From Eubacteriales bacterium (GTDB lineage Bacteria; Bacillota; Clostridia; Oscillospirales; CAG-272), in assembly GCA_045645175.1 (NCBI GenBank), contig JAZRIH010000033.1, positions 1-34,204 on the forward strand: a DNA stretch of 34,204 nt. The letters run 5' to 3'. Every line of letters begins with the position of its first letter. Positions within the stretch are counted from its first letter, which is position 1. Below the pieces are notes generated by a model, which was given only the letters and a program-made list of their open reading frames with translations, was not told where the DNA came from and searched no databases. Shown piece by piece: positions 28,882 to 34,204 of the stretch. Both the position numbers and the translations under genes were made by a program.

Positions 28882-28910
28882 ATTATAGCACATCTTTTCC
28901 CCGATTGCAA
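28882..28910 (-). promoter_or_regulatory. Sigma-A promoter for the SRP RNA precursor (-35 TTGCAA, 17 nt, -10 TATAAT)
   Basis: The reverse complement reads TTGCAA-tcggggaaaagatgtgc-TATAAT. It is about 45 nt upstream of the predicted mature 5' end. Confidence 0.6.
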
Positions 28911-29004
28911 GTGTTTTTTGCAAGAACGTGTGAACTTTTTGAAAAGATTTTGGGAAAGAAAATCCCGATAGAGCTACACGGTCTGTCAGGATTTTCTCTT
29001 ATCG

Positions 29005-30189
29005 TTATCGTTGTTTGACTTCGTTTCTATACTCATCTCTTATCAGTGCGTAAGAAATAAGATTTTCTATTAGATTCACAACTTCAGGGTCATCTAAGTT
29101 CCATTGTCTGTTATCCGCTAAACTTCCTAAATTAAACTGTTTTCCGCAAATCAGCTGCGGTCTGCTGTCTCGGATATATGCACGTAGTTCATCAATTCTT
29201 CCGCTTCCCTTATTTCCAACAGCAATTCTTCCATGGTGATAGAAAGTAAACCGGTTGCTCGAATATTTTACATTATCATCAAGAACCAATTGCAAAGAAT
29301 GGTGCGACTCTTTTTCATTATCAATTGCAACATTCAATGAAGTTTTCACTTTATCGGGATAAGCATCAGTTGAATAGGGGGACAAGCCAATCGATACTAC
29401 CTCTGTATTTTCATTTATTTGAATGACGAAAGAGCGATAGAGTCCATCAAACACACCACCTGCAGCATTTCCATATGATAACAGTCTAACACCATAATCT
29501 TCAATAAGCGTAAATAGATCATACTTTTTTTGCGGCATCTTATGTCTATGATCAAGTAAACCTTCCAGAAGATTATAAGCTGCACAAGCAAGCGTATGCT
29601 CGGTATGCTCTCCAATGTGTGCAGCACACTCTTCAAAATTATCTTTTATAAACGCAGATATTTGTCCATGAGGTATGCGCTCAGGACATTCGTTAAGATC
29701 CAGCACCGAAAATTTATTCTCTATAAGCTCTGCATATTCCGGTAGTTCATCTATCTGAATATAATCAGCTCGCTGTTCATCATAATGATAATTATAACAT
29801 TCACTATCATTTGCTAGCATTGCATAATCGCAACCAAGACTATTACAATAATCAGCAATTTGATCCCCGGCTTTCTCACCTAAAATAACATTAGGCGCTT
29901 TGCATTCAACAATCGCTATCGGTCTGAGAATACCGCCTTCATCCATACCGTGAATAATTATATCTGCACGGCGTTTGGATTGTATTCCATAATGAGATAA
30001 ATGCGCCTCAACAGAAATCATATTCGATGGAACTTTAAGATCATCAATCAGGTACGAAATGATTTTTTGCCGAACAGTTTCTTCCGGTGTAATCTGAACA
30101 AGTTTTTTTCTTATCGGATCAAGATAATACTCCTTGTTATCTCTTTTATAGACACTCGGAAGTCGCTGTTTCGATATATCAAATCTCAT
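29005..30189 (-). CDS. Uncharacterized protein: N-terminal HsdR-N-like PD-(D/E)xK nuclease-fold domain plus an unassigned roughly 230-aa C-terminal domain
   Basis: The N-terminus ETVRQKIISYLIDDLKVPSNMISVEAHL...SKRRADIIIHG...RPIAIVECKAP has the E...D...ExK pattern of the type I restriction enzyme R-protein N-terminal domain family. The start is at the ATG at 30189 (MRFDISKQ), 7 nt after GGTGGA; the track's TTG start at 30264 lies inside the prfB terminator. The gene is markedly AT-rich compared with its neighbours. Confidence 0.7.
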   Translation of the reverse strand: MRFDISKQRLPSVYKRDNKEYYLDPIRKKLVQITPEETVRQKIISYLIDDLKVPSNMISVEAHLSHYGIQSKRRADIIIHGMDEGGILRPIAIVECKAPNVILGEKAGDQIADYCNSLGCDYAMLANDSECYNYHYDEQRADYIQIDELPEYAELIENKFSVLDLNECPERIPHGQISAFIKDNFEECAAHIGEHTEHTLACAAYNLLEGLLDHRHKMPQKKYDLFTLIEDYGVRLLSYGNAAGGVFDGLYRSFVIQINENTEVVSIGLSPYSTDAYPDKVKTSLNVAIDNEKESHHSLQLVLDDNVKYSSNRFTFYHHGRIAVGNKGSGRIDELRAYIRDSRPQLICGKQFNLGSLADNRQWNLDDPEVVNLIENLISYALIRDEYRNEVKQR

Positions 30190-30235
30190 TGAAACATCCA
30201 CCTCGTTTTCAAAGCTTTTTCTATCCTTTTCCCCT

Positions 30236-30264
30236 ATTCTATCACAAAAACGGCAGAGGTGCAA
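30236..30264 (-). promoter_or_regulatory. Promoter for the low-GC gene (-35 TTGCAC, 17 nt, extended -10 TGaTAGAAT), overlapping the prfB terminator
   Basis: The reverse complement reads TTGCAC-ctctgccgtttttgtga-TAGAAT. The -35 lies in the loop and 3' arm of the terminator hairpin. Confidence 0.45.
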
Positions 30265-30281
30265 GTCCTCTGCCGTTTTTT
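30246..30281 (-). terminator. Intrinsic terminator after prfB (symmetrical A/T flanks)
   Basis: Reads AAAAA-CGGCAGAGG-tgcaagt-CCTCTGCCG-TTTTTT. On the minus strand it lies 43 nt downstream of the prfB stop. Confidence 0.8.
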
Positions 30282-30323
30282 GTATAACACACTATTTTAG
30301 ATTATCTGCGCTGAGCGAAAGAA

Positions 30324-31433
30324 TTACTTCGCGTTGTTCATCTTCAGATAAGCGTTGATAAAGCCGTCCAGATCGCCGTCCATAACTGCCTGGATGTTAC
30401 CATCCTCGTAACCGGTACGGGTATCCTTTGCCAAGGTATAAGGCATGAAGACATAGGAACGGATCTGTGCGCCCCACTCGATGTTGGTCTTGGTGCCCTT
30501 GATATCCTCGATCTTTTCCAGTTTCTCGCGCATCTTGATTTCCATCAGCTTGGACTTCAGCATCTTCAGAGCAGTTTCCTTGTTCTGTAGCTGAGAACGC
30601 TCGGTCTGACAGCCTACTACGATACCGGTAGGAATGTGCACGATACGGATTGCAGAGTCGGTCTTGTTGACGTGCTGACCACCTGCACCGCTGGAACGGT
30701 GAGCGGTGATTTCCAGCTCGACGTCTCGAAGCTCGACAGAGCCGTCATCCTGGAATTCGGGCATTACTTCAACCGATGCAAAGGAGGTCTGGCGTCTGCC
30801 GGATGCGTCAAAGGGAGATACGCGCACCAGACGGTGAACGCCGTTCTCACTCTTAAGATAGCCGTATGCGTTGATGCCTTCTACCATGATAGTTGCACTC
30901 TTGATGCCTGCTTCTTCGCCGTCCAGCCAGTCCAACAGCTTCACGTTGAAGCCGTGACGCTCACCCCAACGGGTGTACATACGGTAAAGCATCTGTGCCC
31001 AGTCCTGTGCCTCAGTACCGCCTGCACCGGGATGGAAGGAAACGATTGCGTTGAGAGAGTCGTATTCGCCGGTAAGCAGAGCGGCAAGACGCTCTTCCTC
31101 AGCGGTCTTTTCTACTTCTTCCACGCCTGCCACAACTTCCTCGGTAAAGGATTCGTCGTTTTCTTCGATAGCCAGTTCAGCCAAAGAAAGGGTGTCTTCC
31201 AGCAGATTGGTCAGTTTATTGTAACGCTCTACCTTATCCTTCAGCTGCTTCAGCTCCTGCAGGATCTTACTGGATCTCTGCTGATCGCCCCAGAAATTGG
31301 GATCGTAGGTGAGCTGTTCCAGCTCGTTGATCTTGGTGGTTGCTTCTTCAATACGCAGAGCCTGCGCCAGTTCGTCCAGATCCTTGCGCATGCCTCTCAG
31401 CTTGATTTTTGCTTCTTCTAACTGTATAATCAA
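30324..31433 (-). CDS. prfB: Peptide chain release factor 2, encoded in a single uninterrupted frame
   Basis: It has the SPF tripeptide (RVSPFDASGRRQTSFA) and the GGQ motif (SSGAGGQHVNKTDSAIR). The start is a TTG, 7 nt after GGAGGA. Length is 369 aa with no upstream short ORF or in-frame UGA. Confidence 0.95.
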   Translation of the reverse strand: MIIQLEEAKIKLRGMRKDLDELAQALRIEEATTKINELEQLTYDPNFWGDQQRSSKILQELKQLKDKVERYNKLTNLLEDTLSLAELAIEENDESFTEEVVAGVEEVEKTAEEERLAALLTGEYDSLNAIVSFHPGAGGTEAQDWAQMLYRMYTRWGERHGFNVKLLDWLDGEEAGIKSATIMVEGINAYGYLKSENGVHRLVRVSPFDASGRRQTSFASVEVMPEFQDDGSVELRDVELEITAHRSSGAGGQHVNKTDSAIRIVHIPTGIVVGCQTERSQLQNKETALKMLKSKLMEIKMREKLEKIEDIKGTKTNIEWGAQIRSYVFMPYTLAKDTRTGYEDGNIQAVMDGDLDGFINAYLKMNNAK

Positions 31434-31473
31434 TGGAATGTCCTCCGTTTTATAGAATCAATGTATATTCGTT

Positions 31474-32241
31474 TTATCTGTGGGTAATGGGATCGCTGTG
31501 GAAGGTACAAATCTCCGCTTCGGGTACAATCGCCGTCAGCATCGCAGTCAGCGCCTCCAAAACAGGATTCTCCGTAAAGAAATGCCCCGCCTCGATGACC
31601 TGCATTCCCATATCTGCCGCATCCACCATGCTGTTATAGGACATCGTACCGGTGAGATAGACATCCGCGCCCGCTTTCCATGCAGGCTTGAGGAAGTCCT
31701 TTCCGTCACCGCCGACCAATGCCACTTTGTTCACTTCCCTGCCAAGATCCACGGTGTTAAGTGCAGGCACGCCCAAGACAGACTTGACTTTTCTGCAGAA
31801 TTCTGTCATTGAGGTAGGTTCAATTTCACCGATGCGACCGATGGTAGGAGTCTCGGCATCACCGAAGGGGATTGTGTTCGTCACACCCAGCACCTTGCCC
31901 AAGCGATCGTTGACACCGCCCTCCACGATATCCAAACGGGTATGGAAGGAAAAGACCGAAATGCCGTTTGCGATGAGTTTCAGGACCTTGTGAGCTGTAA
32001 AGTTCTCCTCATGGACAGCATTCAGAGGCTTGAAGATCATGGGATGGTGGGAAATGATCAAATCGCACCCCTGCTCTATGGCATAATCGACTGCGGCATG
32101 GCTGACATCCAAGGTCAACAGAATCTTCTTCACCGATGCCGACAGATCGGGACAGCACATGATGCCGTCATTATCCCATTCACAGGAAAGTGCGAAAGGG
32201 ATACGTGCCTCCAATCGTTGATAAAGCTCTTTAACTGTCAT
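31474..32241 (-). CDS. Nif3-like dinuclear metal centre protein (YqfO/GTP cyclohydrolase 1 type 2 family)
   Basis: The sequences CEWDNDGIMC, DLIISHHPMIFKPL and the C-terminal IEAGHFFTE are typical of NIF3. It is paired with trmK as in B. subtilis yqfN-yqfO. Confidence 0.85.
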   Translation of the reverse strand: MTVKELYQRLEARIPFALSCEWDNDGIMCCPDLSASVKKILLTLDVSHAAVDYAIEQGCDLIISHHPMIFKPLNAVHEENFTAHKVLKLIANGISVFSFHTRLDIVEGGVNDRLGKVLGVTNTIPFGDAETPTIGRIGEIEPTSMTEFCRKVKSVLGVPALNTVDLGREVNKVALVGGDGKDFLKPAWKAGADVYLTGTMSYNSMVDAADMGMQVIEAGHFFTENPVLEALTAMLTAIVPEAEICTFHSDPITHR

Positions 32242-32980
32242 GGGAACTCCTTTTCACGGCATCCAACCGCGCGGTCAGCGATGCCACCAGCATATTTAAG
32301 TCAGGATCTTCCTTGCCTGCTTTGGCAAGTCCGTTCACCTGCTTTTGCAAGCCTCCGATCTGCTTTTGGATCCATTCAGCCAGCAACTCGCCTTTTCCGA
32401 ATCCGATGAAACTATCCTCAGGGGAAATCGCATAGGGCTCACCCGTATAGGATGCGGCGATCACTACATAGAGTTTTTCCTTTTCTTTGGCAAATCGCTC
32501 TTCTTCAATGGCAAATCCGTTTGCCGCAAGCCACAAACGCAGCTCGCGAGCAGAGGTCATCGGCTGCAGGATCAAGCAAATGTCACTATTCTTCACAAAT
32601 TCAGCCGCTTCCAAAATAGATGCGATCAACTCGCCACCCATACCGCAAATTAAGATATCGGTAGGAGCATATGCCTCGATGCCGGTGAGACCGGGGGTCA
32701 GACGGGTAGCAATTTTATCAGAAAGCGCAAATCGACGGATATTGGCTTCTGCACGGGAAAGGGGACCCTCGTTGATATCCGATGCAATCGCGCGAACAGC
32801 ATTGCCCGAGGAGATCAAATAAATAGGCAGATAGGCATGATCAGTACCTACATCCGCCACCACTGCGCCATTTCGCACCATAGATGCTGCGCACAAAAGG
32901 CGAGGGGTCATCTCGGAGCGCAAAGGCAGGCGAACCTCTCGGTCCGCCTGTTTGTTAAGCATTGTTTTCTTTGGATTCAA
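32231..32980 (-). CDS. trmK: tRNA (adenine22-N1)-methyltransferase TrmK
   Basis: The sequence VADVGTDHAYLPIYL...AIASDINEGPL...ICGMGGELI is typical. The start is uncertain: 32980, 32962 or 32911 (MTPRLL), and the longest form overlaps the upstream gene by 26 nt. Confidence 0.85.
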   Translation of the reverse strand: MNPKKTMLNKQADREVRLPLRSEMTPRLLCAASMVRNGAVVADVGTDHAYLPIYLISSGNAVRAIASDINEGPLSRAEANIRRFALSDKIATRLTPGLTGIEAYAPTDILICGMGGELIASILEAAEFVKNSDICLILQPMTSARELRLWLAANGFAIEEERFAKEKEKLYVVIAASYTGEPYAISPEDSFIGFGKGELLAEWIQKQIGGLQKQVNGLAKAGKEDPDLNMLVASLTARLDAVKRSSHDS

Positions 32981-33179
32981 GGTACTTGTTCAGCTTTTCA
33001 ACCAGCTCGTCCGCGTCGGTACCGTGAACCATGCAAGCCATTTCAATGGATTCGCCGCGAGAAGCGGGGCAACCCAGGCAGTGCATTCCGATTTCGAAGA
33101 AAAACATAGCGGTTTCGATATCGTAATCGAGAACATCGCCGATGATAGATTCTTTAGTAATTTTCATGGATAGATTCAT
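32955..33179 (-). CDS. Small DUF1858-like protein (hybrid-cluster-protein-associated redox disulfide domain)
   Basis: The sequence MKITKESIIGDVLDYDIETAMFFFEIGMHCLGCPASRGESIEMACMVHGTDADELVEKLN has a CxxC motif. The start is at 33179 or 33167. The track's 133-aa form extends through the promoter and was trimmed. Confidence 0.65.
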   Translation of the reverse strand: MNLSMKITKESIIGDVLDYDIETAMFFFEIGMHCLGCPASRGESIEMACMVHGTDADELVEKLNKYLESKENNA

Positions 33180-33203
33180 TCCTTTCCCTTTGGTAACACC
33201 GAT

Positions 33204-33232
33204 ATTGTAGCATATTTCCCTTCGTCTGTCAA
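33204..33232 (-). promoter_or_regulatory. Sigma-A promoter for the DUF1858-trmK-nif3-prfB unit (-35 TTGACA, 17 nt, -10 TACAAT)
   Basis: The reverse complement reads TTGACA-gacgaagggaaatatgc-TACAAT. Confidence 0.65.
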
Positions 33233-33303
33233 TCCGCGAGCGAAAATATTTTTTCAAAATTTCATAGAAATTGTTGGAGAAACTACATTTTTCACCGCCC
33301 CAC

Positions 33304-33332
33304 TTGAAATTTGCGCAAATTTGTGGTAAACT
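33304..33332 (+). promoter_or_regulatory. Sigma-A promoter for the HIT gene (-35 TTGAAA, 17 nt, extended -10 TGgTAAACT)
   Basis: Reads TTGAAA-tttgcgcaaatttgtgg-TAAACT, 30 nt upstream of the ATG at 33362. Confidence 0.55.
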
Positions 33333-33361
33333 ATCAGTAACAAATTTTGGAGGCATATTCT

Positions 33362-33700
33362 ATGAATTGCATTTTTTGTATGATCGTTGAGGGAAAAATC
33401 CCTTCTAAAAAAGCTTACGAGGACGACGAGATCCTTGCGTTTTATGACATCAATCCCCAGGCACCCGTTCACATTCTGGTGATTCCCAAGGTACACATCC
33501 CTTCCGTGGACGGCATCAATGCCGAAAACAGCGGTGTAGTAGCGAAGATCTTCCAGAAGATTCCCGAGATCGCCAAATCTGCAGGTCTTGTAAACGGTTA
33601 CCGTGTGATTTCCAACTGCGGTGCTGACGCTTGTCAGAGCGTTCCTCACCTGCACTTCCACATTCTCGGCGGTGCCCCGCTGTCCGAAAAGATGGCATAA
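33362..33700 (+). CDS. Histidine triad (HIT) family nucleotide hydrolase
   Basis: It has MNCIFCMIVEGKIPS and the HIT motif HLHFHILGG. The start is at the ATG at 33362, 8 nt after GGAGG. Confidence 0.9.
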   Translation: MNCIFCMIVEGKIPSKKAYEDDEILAFYDINPQAPVHILVIPKVHIPSVDGINAENSGVVAKIFQKIPEIAKSAGLVNGYRVISNCGADACQSVPHLHFHILGGAPLSEKMA

Positions 33701-33732
33701 CCGATCTATCGAAGTGTCCACCGCGTTCCAAT

Positions 33733-33763
33733 AAAAAAGCCGAGCAAATTGCTCGGCTTTTTT
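33733..33763. terminator. Bidirectional intrinsic terminator between convergent HIT and cyclophilin genes
   Basis: Reads AAAAAA-GCCGAGCAA-a-TTGCTCGGC-TTTTTT. Confidence 0.8.
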
Positions 33764-33774
33764 GTGTTGAAAAT

Positions 33775-34204
33775 TTATGCAAGATACATCTTTTCGATTA
33801 CAACAGGCTCGAGAGGTCTGTCGGAGAAGTTGGTACGAACAGATGCAACCTTATCCACTACATCCATGCCTTCTACAACCTTACCGAAGCCGGCATACTG
33901 ACCGTCCAGATAAGCCGCATCAGCGTGGCAGATGAAGAACTGGGAAGATGCGCTGTTGGGGTTCTGAGAACGAGCCATAGAAATAACACCGCGTGCATGA
34001 TGAATGGTGTTTTTCACGCCATTGATGAGAAACTCACCCTTGATACGCTTCTGATTGGGATCGCCGTAACCGGTACCGGTGGGGTCGCCGCCCTGGATCA
34101 TGAAGCCGCTGATAACGCGGTGGAAGATCAGGCCGTCGTAAAAGCCCTCATCGGCCAGGGTAACAAAATTTTCGACGGTGATGGGAGCCACATCGGGATA
34201 CAGC
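33775..34204 (-). CDS. ppiB: Cyclophilin-type peptidyl-prolyl cis-trans isomerase; N-terminus runs off the window
   Basis: The sequences APITVENFVTLADEGFYDGLIFHRVISGFMIQGGDP and NSASSQFFI are typical. The frame stays open to 34204 (LYPDVAPITV...), so the track's start at 34191 is an internal GTG. Confidence 0.93.
   Translation of the reverse strand, partial: LYPDVAPITVENFVTLADEGFYDGLIFHRVISGFMIQGGDPTGTGYGDPNQKRIKGEFLINGVKNTIHHARGVISMARSQNPNSASSQFFICHADAAYLDGQYAGFGKVVEGMDVVDKVASVRTNFSDRPLEPVVIEKMYLA

Noticed and set aside
28957-28997. Hairpin AGAAAATCC-(23-nt loop)-GGATTTTCT downstream of the low-GC gene as its terminator
   Set aside because: It has a large loop, an AT-rich 9-bp stem and no U-run immediately after it on the minus strand. 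It is too weak to call.
28422-29018. ORFs 28422-28679 (-) and 28731-29018 (+)
   Set aside because: Both overlap the SRP RNA gene and its promoter. The region is explained by a structured RNA with the conserved domain IV motif, and neither ORF has an RBS.
30190-30264. N-terminal extension of the low-GC gene to a TTG start (419-aa form)
   Set aside because: The extension runs through the prfB terminator hairpin and the gene's own predicted promoter. The ATG at 30189 has a good GGTGGA RBS.
30636-31421. 261-aa plus-strand ORF
   Set aside because: It is an antisense shadow of prfB.

Overview
This is a 34.2 kb chromosomal segment that looks like a Firmicutes/Clostridia-type genome. It shows Bacillus/Clostridium-style synteny, sigma-A-like promoters, GGAGG ribosome-binding sites and roughly 50% GC by hand sampling. 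It is almost entirely housekeeping and tightly packed, with many overlapping stop/start junctions. On the minus strand at the left are a dcw-cluster head (mraZ-rsmH-ftsL-like-class B PBP), coaD-rsmD, uvrC and ptsH. These are followed by an envelope-like trio (an O-antigen-ligase-like polytopic protein plus two DUF4330-like paralogs) placed after rimM-trmD, and a flavin-reductase-like gene. In the centre on the plus strand lie the conserved yybS-gdpP-rplI-dnaB block, then tilS-hpt-ftsH. On the right are a lipoprotein, a degenerate LytM/M23 protein, a DUF218 protein, an isolated XRE regulator, and the conserved SRP RNA-dnaX-ybaB-recR block (minus strand). Further right are prfB-nif3-trmK-DUF1858 (minus), a HIT protein and a partial cyclophilin. 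The SRP RNA gene is not in the ORF track and is overlapped by spurious ORFs. I see no CRISPR array, tRNA, rRNA, transposase or integrase. The only clearly accessory element is a low-GC, self-contained single-gene unit (29005-30264). It encodes an HsdR-N-like PD-(D/E)xK nuclease domain fused to a C-terminal domain I cannot recognise, inserted between the SRP RNA gene and prfB. It is my best candidate for something new, but the evidence is limited to composition, context and one motif. Many long ORFs in the track are codon-aligned antisense shadows of real genes and were rejected.
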